From assembly GCA_031431415.1 (NCBI GenBank), contig JANPDK010000096.1, positions 157 through 64,156 on the forward strand: DNA of 64,000 nucleotides, given 5' to 3'. Below are positions 28,841 through 37,047 of the stretch, in pieces (the first letter of the stretch is position 1; every line of letters begins with the position of its first letter). The position numbers and the translations under genes are program-made. The DNA is from Acidobacteriota bacterium. Lineage in GTDB: Bacteria > Acidobacteriota > Blastocatellia > Pyrinomonadales > Pyrinomonadaceae. Below the pieces are notes generated by a model. The model saw nothing but the letters and a program-made list of their open reading frames with translations, was not told where the DNA came from and did not search any database.

Positions 28841-28997
28841 TCGTGGCTTATCGGCTGTTCGCATTGCTTGCCGCAGCCGGGCAACGATGTCCGATAGAGG
28901 CCGAACACAACGGTCATCTGTAATTTGAAGTAATACATAGAAAATTGAACGACTTTCATACAAATACCTCGTCGCTGCCAAACTCTGACAAAAAAAC

Positions 28998-29034
28998 GGA
29001 AGGACGACTTTATTTCCAGATAAGCCGTCCTTCC
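28998..29034 (-). terminator. intrinsic-terminator-like hairpin on the minus strand with no annotated gene upstream
   Basis: GGAAGGACG (28998-29006) pairs with CGTCCTTCC (29026-29034). On the minus strand the hairpin is followed by GTTTTTT. Confidence 0.45.
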
Positions 29035-29585
29035 AACATAGCGTTCGCTATCAGTATAAAAAGACGAGTGTCAAAACCGCCTTCGTCAAGGGAATTGGTT
29101 AACACGGGTTGCGTTAATATGAATGCGAGTTTGGTGTGGCACTCAATTTTTGTTCAATTGACCAAGGCTTGAAACCATTTAATCAAATTAAAAGGGCATC
29201 GTCTGTGCGATACCTTACATATAGAATTTAATGAGATCTTATCTTCCGACAGATCAGACCGATCGCCGCGTGCAAGGGGTTAACTGGGCATTGTGCTAAG
29301 GTTTGTTAACGGAAAACATCCGCTAGCCTCAGATCGCGCTAGTCTGAGAATTAAGTAGTATTTTTTTTCGGCCTACGTGCGGTAACACACTTTCACCATT
29401 GTTTTTTTGATTCATATTTAATTTGTGGTTATTTGTGGCCTGTCAGTGTGCCAAATGTAGGGCGATTTACTGAATCGGGCAACTCACCAACAAATCTTCC
29501 ATGCGGCATCGGGAAAGGCCTGGCAAACTACTACCTGTGGCGTCGTTTTGCTTTTTAACACACGACCGAAACTGAGGATACTCCG

Positions 29586-30290
29586 ATGCCAGAAAACGTT
29601 AGATCGATAAATCACATACTCGCGGCCTTGCCCGATCGAGCCTATAAGAACCTGTTCCCGAAGTTCGAACGCATCGCGTTAGTGTATGGCACCACCATTT
29701 ATGAGACGGGAGCTGTTATTAGTGATGTCTATTTTCCCGAAAGCGGCATCGTTTCTCTCCTCTCAACCGTTGACGGCCACTCGACACTCGAGGTGGGCAT
29801 TGTCGGCAGCGAAGGAATGATCGGGATTCCCGTATTTTTAGGTGTAAAAACCTCAAATAATTTTGTTCTCGTGCAAGGCGAAGGTTTTGCGCTGAAAATG
29901 AAAACAGAGGCTTTTCTTGACGAATGTGCATCCGGCGATGAATTGACGCGAATTCTGAAACGCTTTACTCACTCGTTGATGGCACAGACCGCTCAGTCAG
30001 CGGCCTGCAATCGTTATCATCCTATCGAAGCCCGGATGGCGCGATGGCTATTAATGACTCACGACCGGATGAAGAGCGGCAAATTTCAGATCACACAGGA
30101 ATTCTTGTCGAATATGGTCGGGGTCCGCCGCGAAGCGGTAAATAAAACAGCCAAGGGTTTCCAGGACCGCGGCCTGATCAGCTATAACCGGGGAAAACTC
30201 CAGATCCTCGATCTGAAAGGCTTGAAAGCCATTACTTGCGACTGCTATAAGGTAATTTCAAAATATCATCCGGACTACGCAAAAAATTGA
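29586..30290 (+). CDS. Crp/Fnr-family transcriptional regulator (paralog 1)
   Basis: cNMP-binding-like N-domain (VYFPESGIVSLLSTVDG..EVGIVGSEGMIG) and C-terminal HTH (FLSNMVGVRREAVNKTAKGF). GAGGA RBS. Confidence 0.9.
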   Translation: MPENVRSINHILAALPDRAYKNLFPKFERIALVYGTTIYETGAVISDVYFPESGIVSLLSTVDGHSTLEVGIVGSEGMIGIPVFLGVKTSNNFVLVQGEGFALKMKTEAFLDECASGDELTRILKRFTHSLMAQTAQSAACNRYHPIEARMARWLLMTHDRMKSGKFQITQEFLSNMVGVRREAVNKTAKGFQDRGLISYNRGKLQILDLKGLKAITCDCYKVISKYHPDYAKN

Positions 30291-30340
30291 TCTGAAACTT
30301 TAGCCCGCCCTTGTCACCCGTCGCTTGTCACGCGATCTGG

Positions 30341-31063
30341 TTAGACCGGGACCGGATAAGTATTTTCTTCGTTGCGTATGAGTGTGTAGCATTTACAGGC
30401 GGATGCCCGCAGGTTCGGGCGGTCGATGATCTCAAAGCGGTCGTTGCTAAAGCGGATCAGCTCTCTTTGCTTGAGGATCTCAACGGCGTCGGTCGCCTCT
30501 TTAGGGCTCAGGCCGAGGATGTGCGAGAGAAAAGTGTTCGTCACCGGGATATCGCTGTTTTGCAGCCGGTCGCTCGTCATCAGTATCCAGCGGACTAGTC
30601 GTTTCTCGACGTCGTGAAAGCGATGGCACGCCGACGCCAGCGAGGTCTGCACCATTCTAAGCTGTCCAAACCGCAGCATCATATGCCGCAGCGTCTCATC
30701 ACGCTCGCATTCAAATGCAAAGTCCGCCGCCGACATCCGCATCGCCTTGCCGCTGCCCTGTACGATCACCCGAAAGACCGAGATACTGTCGTCCATAAAC
30801 ACCGGAAACCCGACCATACCCTCGCGGCCGACTATACCCATCTCAAGCGTTAATTCGTTCGGCCCGACCGCCAGCAGCGAAAAGATACTGCCGGTCGGAA
30901 AGTAAACATATTCGATCGTTCCGCCGCGTTCGTAGATCTTTTCGCCGAACTTTAGTTCGACCTCTTCGAGCTTCGGCAAAATGCGTTCAAGTTCGTCCGG
31001 CGGCAAAGCGGCCAGAAAGCGGTTTTCTATCGGTGCGTTCGGATCGTACTTGGGATAAGGCAT
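30341..31063 (-). CDS. Crp/Fnr-family transcriptional regulator (paralog 2)
   Basis: Same domain pattern (VYFPTGSIFSLL..EMGIVGREGMVG..HRFHDVEKRLVRWIL). The start could be 31063 or 31072. Confidence 0.85.
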   Translation of the reverse strand: MPYPKYDPNAPIENRFLAALPPDELERILPKLEEVELKFGEKIYERGGTIEYVYFPTGSIFSLLAVGPNELTLEMGIVGREGMVGFPVFMDDSISVFRVIVQGSGKAMRMSAADFAFECERDETLRHMMLRFGQLRMVQTSLASACHRFHDVEKRLVRWILMTSDRLQNSDIPVTNTFLSHILGLSPKEATDAVEILKQRELIRFSNDRFEIIDRPNLRASACKCYTLIRNEENTYPVPV

Positions 31064-31404
31064 AATGCACATTTGCTCAGTCGTGCGGAAAGAAACGTTT
31101 TAACTATAGAACCCGGGGGAAACGACCTTCTGTACGGTAACACACAATTAGATACATAAACCGAAATGCCGGAAGATCATCACTTATGACTGCAATAGGG
31201 TCATTTCAAAAACATCGTCCGGACTGCCCAAAAAGACCAATGAAACCCATCTCCTGATTCAGATCGGATGATTATTTACGTTGGAAATACGCGTTTCCGG
31301 CTCACTGTATGCGTTGGCGCATATATAGGCCGCTTTTTATGGTATGATTAGGTTCACTCAGTTATTCGTAACTAAGTTTTGGGAAAGATCAGACCGGGGG
31401 AAGT

Positions 31405-32142
31405 GTGTCTACTGCGGCCGATCAACAAGATGCGAAAAAGAATTATTTGCTAGGCTCGCTGGCCACGGCTGAGTTCGAGCGCGTTTTGACCAAGCTACAG
31501 CCATTGTCGTTTGCCCTCGGCGATGTTATGCACGAGTCCGGCGATAAAATGGACTACGTCTACTTTCCGACGACCGCGATCATTTCACTGCTCTATATCA
31601 TGGAAAACGGTTCGACCGCCGAGATCGGCGTTGTCGGCAATGACGGGATACTCGGGATCGAGCTTTTTATGGGCGGCGAGACGACGACGAACCGGGCGAT
31701 AGTCCAGAGTGCCGGTCTCGGTTTCAAGATGAAAGCCCGCGACATGAAAGATGAATTTACACTCGGCGGTGCGTTTCAAAAGCTGCTGCTCCGCTATACG
31801 CAGGCGTTGATAGCACAAATTTCACAGACCGCCGTTTGCAACCGGCTCCACAGCGTCGAACAGCAGCTTTGCCGCTGGCTGCTGCTCAGCCATGACCGTC
31901 TCGACTCAGACAAGCTGGTGATGACCCACGACCTGATCTCAAATATGCTTGGTGTTCGCCGCGAGGGCGTGACGCTGGCCGCACAAAAACTGGTAGCACA
32001 AAAACTGATCACAAGTGTCCGTGGAACGATGACCATAATCGACCGCCAGAGCCTGGAAAACGCCGTCTGCGAGTGTTACGAGGTCGTCAATACGGAATAC
32101 AATCGCCTGCTCGGCAGGGGCGTCGCCCGGACATTTGCGTGA
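31405..32142 (+). CDS. Crp/Fnr-family transcriptional regulator (paralog 3)
   Basis: VYFPTTAIISLL..EIGVVGNDGILG..CNRLHSVEQQLCRWLL..MLGVRREGVT. GTG start. Confidence 0.85.
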   Translation: MSTAADQQDAKKNYLLGSLATAEFERVLTKLQPLSFALGDVMHESGDKMDYVYFPTTAIISLLYIMENGSTAEIGVVGNDGILGIELFMGGETTTNRAIVQSAGLGFKMKARDMKDEFTLGGAFQKLLLRYTQALIAQISQTAVCNRLHSVEQQLCRWLLLSHDRLDSDKLVMTHDLISNMLGVRREGVTLAAQKLVAQKLITSVRGTMTIIDRQSLENAVCECYEVVNTEYNRLLGRGVARTFA

Positions 32143-32270
32143 TCGAATTGCTACGGTAAATGAGCAATCAGGGCTTTGTGTTGCTTGTTGGGATGGTTTT
32201 AGAGGAAACTGTCCGCTCTGAACTTCGATAATTTTGCAAGAACCTGTATATTTGACGCTAAAAAAGAAGC

Positions 32271-32693
32271 GTGAAATTCAAATATCGCAGATATAGTCGG
32301 CCATCGCGGCCCGGAACAGAATACGGTGAGTTACCGCTGGTCGAAGTGCGTGTGAAGTGCGGACGGAAACACATTGACCTTTACTGCCTAGTAGATTCGG
32401 GAGCGGATGAATGCATATTCGGCACCGATGTCGCCGCGATCCTCGGCATCGACCTAAGCAAAGCTGAGAAACGTGAGTATTTTGCGTTGGGCGATACGCC
32501 GATCCAAGGCTTTCGCCACAGGGTGTTGATGCGGGTCAAAGGCTTTGACGATTGGATAAGCGCAACTGTGGGATTTGTCGGAGAGAACGATCTTTCGCTT
32601 GTTGGCCAGAAGGGATTTTTTGAGAATTTCGAAGTGACGTTCCGAACCTATCAGAAACGTCTTGAGATCAAGTCGAAACCCGGGAAAGGCTAG
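32271..32693 (+). CDS. retropepsin-like aspartic protease family protein
   Basis: LVDSGADECIFG active-site motif in a 140-aa protein. GTG start. Confidence 0.7.
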   Translation: MKFKYRRYSRPSRPGTEYGELPLVEVRVKCGRKHIDLYCLVDSGADECIFGTDVAAILGIDLSKAEKREYFALGDTPIQGFRHRVLMRVKGFDDWISATVGFVGENDLSLVGQKGFFENFEVTFRTYQKRLEIKSKPGKG

Positions 32694-32908
32694 AGAATAT
32701 ATACCTTGTCGAATGCAGGGACTTTCATAAACGAAACGTCCTTGAACCCTTTCTCGTCCGCTTCGCGTTTCGCGTCAGTGATTCGCTCTCCTGAAGCAAC
32801 GACCTTTTCATTCGAACCCTTTCGAAAGATCGCCACCCAGCGGTTTTCATATCCGCCAAGTTCCTTGGCAAATTCTAATTCCCGCTTCGTGTAGCTCGAC
32901 CGTTTCAT
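32690..32908 (-). CDS. DUF5678-like small protein
   Basis: YENRWVAIFRKGSNEKVVASGERITDAKREA pattern. Convergent with the protease gene, with a 4-nt overlap. Confidence 0.6.
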   Translation of the reverse strand: MKRSSYTKRELEFAKELGGYENRWVAIFRKGSNEKVVASGERITDAKREADEKGFKDVSFMKVPAFDKVYIL

Positions 32909-32941
32909 TGACTTGATAATAACAAATCCACCCTACGTTTT

Positions 32942-33346
32942 CTATACAATATTTGCCTTTTCATAGTTTGCACGCACTACGGTTTTGATGTTGCCGCGCA
33001 CGTTGTAGTCGCCTTCGATCTCGACTTTTATCGGGTCACACGCCTGGACGAAGTCGTCGAGGATGAGATTGACGACGTGTTCGTGGAATATTTTGACGTC
33101 GCGGAACGAATTGATGTAGAGCTTGAGGCTCTTGAGCTCGACGCAGAGTTTGTTGGGTACATATTTCAGCCGGATCACGCCGAAATCGGGAAAATCTGAG
33201 AACGGACAGATCGCCGTGAATTCCGGTATCTCAAATTCCACCCAGATCTCTTTGCCCGGAAACTCGTAAGCAAAAGCGTCGAGCGGATAAAGATCCATCT
33301 CTTCACGCGGCGTCGGGAGGAAGTTTGTTGAGTCTATTGAGTTCAT
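32942..33346 (-). CDS. queF: NADPH-dependent 7-cyano-7-deazaguanine reductase
   Basis: [37 protein letters not shown]. The first 8 codons (MNSIDSTN) lie in a repeat arm, and an alternative start is Met17 (33298). Confidence 0.85.
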   Translation of the reverse strand: MNSIDSTNFLPTPREEMDLYPLDAFAYEFPGKEIWVEFEIPEFTAICPFSDFPDFGVIRLKYVPNKLCVELKSLKLYINSFRDVKIFHEHVVNLILDDFVQACDPIKVEIEGDYNVRGNIKTVVRANYEKANIV

Positions 33347-33770
33347 TGAGTTTATTGAGGTTCAGAATTTCGGAGATGCTGGGCCAGCGTCATGGACATA
33401 CGCGAGATCTCATCAAACAAGCCGTAAATTTCATCAAAGTCTTTCTGGTCAAGATAATCGAGATCGAGAGCAATATACAAGTGAGATTGAACTTCTGCGG
33501 CAGAGCCGTGCGCTTGAACTAGAAAGCTTGCAAAGTCATTATTGGTCCGTCGCCCATTTCCTTCGGCAATATTGGCCATTACCGAGACTGCCGCTCGGCG
33601 AATCTGATTGCAGAGCCCGAAATCCTTCGCGAACGCGGCATTTTTAGACACCTGATAAACGCGAACCGTTCCCACCCTCGCCTTTTGCCACGCCTTTATT
33701 TCCTCAAATCGTTTGAATCCCATATCTCAACAAACTCAATGAACTCAAAACTCAATAAACTCAACAAACT
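33323..33770. mobile_element. candidate cargo-bearing palindromic element: TTGAGTT-word arms bracketing a four-helix-bundle gene
   Basis: The left arm GTTTGTTGAGTCTATTGAGTTCATTGAGTTTATTGAGG (33323-33360) is the inverted complement of the right arm TCAACAAACTCAATGAACTCAAAACTCAATAAACTCAACAAACT (33727-33770). Confidence 0.5.
33352..33723 (-). CDS. four-helix-bundle protein (23S rRNA intervening-sequence protein family)
   Basis: [45 protein letters not shown] matches the TIGR02436-type pattern. Confidence 0.85.
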   Translation of the reverse strand: MGFKRFEEIKAWQKARVGTVRVYQVSKNAAFAKDFGLCNQIRRAAVSVMANIAEGNGRRTNNDFASFLVQAHGSAAEVQSHLYIALDLDYLDQKDFDEIYGLFDEISRMSMTLAQHLRNSEPQ

Positions 33771-34590
33771 ATCTCACGTACCGATGTTTCCGGTTGCTCA
33801 TCTTCTTCACTCCGGCGAGGTTTTTGACTCCGCCTTCATGCAGCCGTGACAGTAGGTTGATAAATATATGCGCCGTCGCGTGCGCATCCGCGCTCGCCCG
33901 GTGGTGGTTGGTCAGGTCGAGCTTATAAAATTCCGCCATCGTTTTCAGCTTGTGATTGACCGTCTCGGGCACGAGTTTTCGCGACAATTGGACCGTACAC
34001 AGACACGGATTTGCGAGGCGATATTCTGGAAAAACGCGGCTGATCTCGTGGTTCAAAAACCGCATATCAAACCCCGAATTATGCGCCACCAGCACCGAAT
34101 CGCCTATAAATTCAAGAAAATCGACCGCGATCTCTACAAATTTCGGGGCCTCGGCCACCATTTCGTCGGTGATCCCGGTGAGCTGCGTGATGAATATCGG
34201 GATCGGTATCTCGGGGTTGACGAGCGTCTGAAACTCGTCCAACACCTCGCCGTTCTTCACCCTCCAAGCACCGATCTCGGTCACACGGCATGGTGGCGCC
34301 TTTGCTCCCGTAGTCTCGAGATCGAATACGACGAATCCCGTGTCCGACAGATCCTGATCGCCGTAACCTTTTTCAGTAAGCTCAACCGTATCACCATTTA
34401 ACGTCAGCCGAGGATCACGGTCGATAAGGTCCGAAACCAGCAAGGTCGCGAGCAACGGCTGTGGCTTTCTGATCTTCATCACAAAATCCACAACACTCAC
34501 AGCGGACGCCTTGCCGCCAAAAGACCGCAGCAGCGTCACCGTTTCGTTTATTAGCAATGACTCGGAAATTAGGTTAGGATACGGTGTCAC
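33769..34590 (-). CDS. DnaQ-like 3'-5' exonuclease with an N-terminal extension of about 90 aa
   Basis: Exo I FVVFDLETTGA, Exo II VAHNSGFDMRFL, Exo III HRASADAHATAHIF. Confidence 0.85.
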   Translation of the reverse strand: MTPYPNLISESLLINETVTLLRSFGGKASAVSVVDFVMKIRKPQPLLATLLVSDLIDRDPRLTLNGDTVELTEKGYGDQDLSDTGFVVFDLETTGAKAPPCRVTEIGAWRVKNGEVLDEFQTLVNPEIPIPIFITQLTGITDEMVAEAPKFVEIAVDFLEFIGDSVLVAHNSGFDMRFLNHEISRVFPEYRLANPCLCTVQLSRKLVPETVNHKLKTMAEFYKLDLTNHHRASADAHATAHIFINLLSRLHEGGVKNLAGVKKMSNRKHRYVR

Positions 34591-34606
34591 AAGAGAAGTT
34601 TAGCAG

Positions 34607-34637
34607 AGTTTTTTGAGTTTATTGAGTTGGTGAGTCG
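34607..34637. repeat. orphan TTGAGTT-word arm
   Basis: GAGTTTTTTGAGTTTATTGAGTTGGTGAGTC, in the same orientation as the 33323 arm. Confidence 0.7.
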
Positions 34638-34660
34638 CTTTTGACCGACCGGAATTTCAG

Positions 34661-35293
34661 ATGGACATCTTAGAGAAATTTAGAGAGACGAACGCGTTGC
34701 TCGAGGGGCATTTTATCTTGTCGAGCGGGCTGCACAGTCCGAAGTATTTGCAGTGTGCACTCGCGTTGCAGCGGCCCGAGGATGCTTTGTTGTTTGGGCG
34801 AATGATCGCGGAACGTCTTGTCGCAGCGGGGAACGATAGTGACCGGGGCTCGTCTCTAGAAAACGCACAAAGCCCCCTCGCTACCGCGTCGGGTACTGAC
34901 GCTGTTGCTTCGCCGGCGATCGGTGGGCTGGTGATCGGATTTGCCGTTGCGCAGGCATTAGGCGTTAGATTTCTCTGGACCGAGCGGCAGAATGGCGCGA
35001 TGACGTTTCGGCGGGGATTTACGCTGCGTGAAGGCGAGCGCATCTTGGTCGTCGAGGACGTGATAACAACCGGCGGCTCGACGCGCGAATGCATCGCCGC
35101 CCTCGAATCAAACGGCGGAAAGGTAGTCGCTGCAGCGTCAATCATCGACCGCTCGAATGGAACAGCCGATGTAGGAGTGCCGCGAATTTCGCTGGTCGAA
35201 ATGGACGTTCCAAGCTACTCGCCGGCCGATTGTCCAATGTGTGCCGCAGGCATCGTAGCTGTAAAACCGGGCAGTCGAGCTGCTGGTAAATAA
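34661..35293 (+). CDS. pyrE: orotate phosphoribosyltransferase
   Basis: ALLEGHFILSSGLHSPKYLQ and PRPP motif ILVVEDVITTGGS. It contains an extra low-complexity segment (NDSDRGSSLENAQSPLATASGTDAV). Confidence 0.9.
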   Translation: MDILEKFRETNALLEGHFILSSGLHSPKYLQCALALQRPEDALLFGRMIAERLVAAGNDSDRGSSLENAQSPLATASGTDAVASPAIGGLVIGFAVAQALGVRFLWTERQNGAMTFRRGFTLREGERILVVEDVITTGGSTRECIAALESNGGKVVAAASIIDRSNGTADVGVPRISLVEMDVPSYSPADCPMCAAGIVAVKPGSRAAGK

Positions 35294-35392
35294 GAAGTTT
35301 GCCCGCGAATAACGCGAATCTACACGAATAGAAGAAAAGATCTGAGATTCTTTATTCGTCTTCATTCGCGTTATTCGCGGGCAAAAATTCTT
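35292..35392. repeat. word-repeat palindromic element (word CGCGAAT)
   Basis: AAGAAGTTTGCCCGCGAATAACGCGAATCTACACGAATAGAAG..CTTTATTCGTCTTCATTCGCGTTATTCGCGGGCAAAAATTCTT. Confidence 0.95.
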
Positions 35393-35402
35393 GATCTTAA
35401 AT

Positions 35403-36251
35403 ATGAGACCTGTTTGTTTTCTCTCAATGGACGATTTGGGTTGGTATGTAGCCGACGACGATCTGGCGATGCCGCCGCTGAGTGATCTTGGGATTGCGGT
35501 CGAGACGGTTTCGTGGCGGCAAACGGAGCGTGCTTGGAGCGATTTTGAGATTGTGGTGATTCGCACGCCTTGGGATTATCAGTCGTCGCCGACAGAGTTT
35601 CTTGCTGTTCTCGAAACGATCGAGTCTCAGATACGCCTCGAGAATCCGATTGATATTGTTCGCTGGAATCTCGACAAACGCTACCTCCGCGAGATGGAAA
35701 CACGCGGAACGCGGATTGTGCCGACGATCTGGAATGCGAAGTACAACGCGCCGGAATTCGATCGTTGGCTTGGCGAATTTGGCGCCGATGAGATCATCAT
35801 CAAACCGACCGTCAGTGCGACTGCGGAACACACTTATCGACTAAAAACCTACGACGCATCGCTCGAAGACGTTTTCACCATACGCGAATTCCTCGTCCAG
35901 CCCTTCATGCCGAACATCATCGCCGAAGGTGAATATTCGCTCTTCTATTTCAACGGCGAATACAGTCACGCGATCAACAAGTCGCCTAAAATCAACGACT
36001 TCCGCGTCCAGGAAGAACACGGCGGCATCATCACTGAGATTCAGCCGGATAAACATCTGTTAGACGCCGGACGCGAAACCACCGCGACCATCGGCCGCGA
36101 TCTCCTCTACGCACGAGTCGATTTTGTCCGCGACGATGCGGATAATTTTTGCCTGATGGAGCTCGAACTGATCGAGCCCGCATTGTATCTGCGGATGAAC
36201 GACGGTGCACCGCAACGATTTGCTGAGGCGATCATTGCGAGAATTGGCTAA
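35403..36251 (+). CDS. ATP-grasp domain protein
   Basis: VIRTPWDY..NLDKRYL..IIKPTVSATA..FLVQPFMP..GEYSLFYFNGEYSHAI..ARVDFV..LMELELIEP pattern. ATG 35403. Confidence 0.8.
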   Translation: MRPVCFLSMDDLGWYVADDDLAMPPLSDLGIAVETVSWRQTERAWSDFEIVVIRTPWDYQSSPTEFLAVLETIESQIRLENPIDIVRWNLDKRYLREMETRGTRIVPTIWNAKYNAPEFDRWLGEFGADEIIIKPTVSATAEHTYRLKTYDASLEDVFTIREFLVQPFMPNIIAEGEYSLFYFNGEYSHAINKSPKINDFRVQEEHGGIITEIQPDKHLLDAGRETTATIGRDLLYARVDFVRDDADNFCLMELELIEPALYLRMNDGAPQRFAEAIIARIG

Positions 36252-36257
36252 TAAAAC

Positions 36258-36348
36258 CTTTCTTCCTTTGCGTTTCTTTGCGAGCTTTGCGTGAGACACT
36301 CTTTTTTCACGCAAAGCTCGCGAAGGACGCAAAGAAGACGCGAAGAAG
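36258..36348. repeat. word-repeat palindromic element (word CTTTGCG / CGCAAAG)
   Basis: TTTCTTCCTTTGCGTTTCTTTGCGAGCTTTGCGTG..CACGCAAAGCTCGCGAAGGACGCAAAGAAGACGCGAAGAAG. Confidence 0.9.
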
Positions 36349-36351
36349 AAT

Positions 36352-36819
36352 ATGAATTCGGAAGCTATTGAGAAATTTTGGGCGGATTTTTGTCGGACGA
36401 GCGGTGTGGGTGCCGGTACGCCTTACCAGTCCTGGTATTTTGGGAACTCACGCGAGATGGCTCTTGAGTTGGTGCAGTTAGTGATCGCCGGAACGAAGAC
36501 GGCGACAGCGAGTTTGGTCAAGACCAATGAACTCATTCCTGAGAATGCTCCGATCGACAACGGCTACAGCGTAGTGACCGACCTCGATGGCGAACCGATG
36601 TGCGTTATCCGAACCGCCGAGATCCGCCACATTCCTTTTCGCGACGTCGATGCCAAATTCGCCGCTGACGAAGGCGAAGGCGACCTGTCGCTGGAATATT
36701 GGCGCAGAATGCATCGCGATTATTTCGAAAAGGAATCGGCGGAGTTGGGATTTGAATTTGATGAAGACTCGATCGTCTGCTGTGAAAGATTCGAACTCCT
36801 GTCAGAACCGCCTGCGTGA
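36352..36819 (+). CDS. ASCH domain protein
   Basis: 155-aa protein with an ASCH-like pattern (YQSWYFGNSREMALELVQLVIAGTKTATASL). Confidence 0.75.
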   Translation: MNSEAIEKFWADFCRTSGVGAGTPYQSWYFGNSREMALELVQLVIAGTKTATASLVKTNELIPENAPIDNGYSVVTDLDGEPMCVIRTAEIRHIPFRDVDAKFAADEGEGDLSLEYWRRMHRDYFEKESAELGFEFDEDSIVCCERFELLSEPPA

Positions 36820-36833
36820 GCGGGCGGCAGAAT

Positions 36834-36944
36834 GTTTTGCCCGCGAAATACGCGAAAAGAGCGAAAAAGGATTGTCTATATGGCGAATCTGCGGTGACTA
36901 GTCGATTTATATTCGCATTTTTCGTGTATTTCGCGGGCAAACAA
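36834..36944. repeat. word-repeat palindromic element (word CGCGAAA)
   Basis: GTTTTGCCCGCGAAATACGCGAAAAGAGCGAAAAAGG..TATATTCGCATTTTTCGTGTATTTCGCGGGCAAAC. Confidence 0.9.
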
Positions 36945-36990
36945 ATCGACAAATTTTCCAAATATCGCCAAAATTGAAACCGAACACTTA

Positions 36991-37047
36991 GTTCGCTGCT
37001 CTAAACGCTCTTATTTTTCGTAATTTTCGCGTATTTCGCGGGCAAAA
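36991..37047. repeat. orphan right arm (CGCGAAA family) abutting the truA start codon
   Basis: GTTCGCTGCTCTAAACGCTCTTATTTTTCGTAATTTTCGCGTATTTCGCGGGCAAAA, followed directly by ATG 37048. Confidence 0.8.

Noticed and set aside
33352-33723. Four-helix-bundle (Avd-like) gene as a marker of a diversity-generating retroelement
   Set aside because: No reverse transcriptase gene and no template/variable repeat pair is present in the window.
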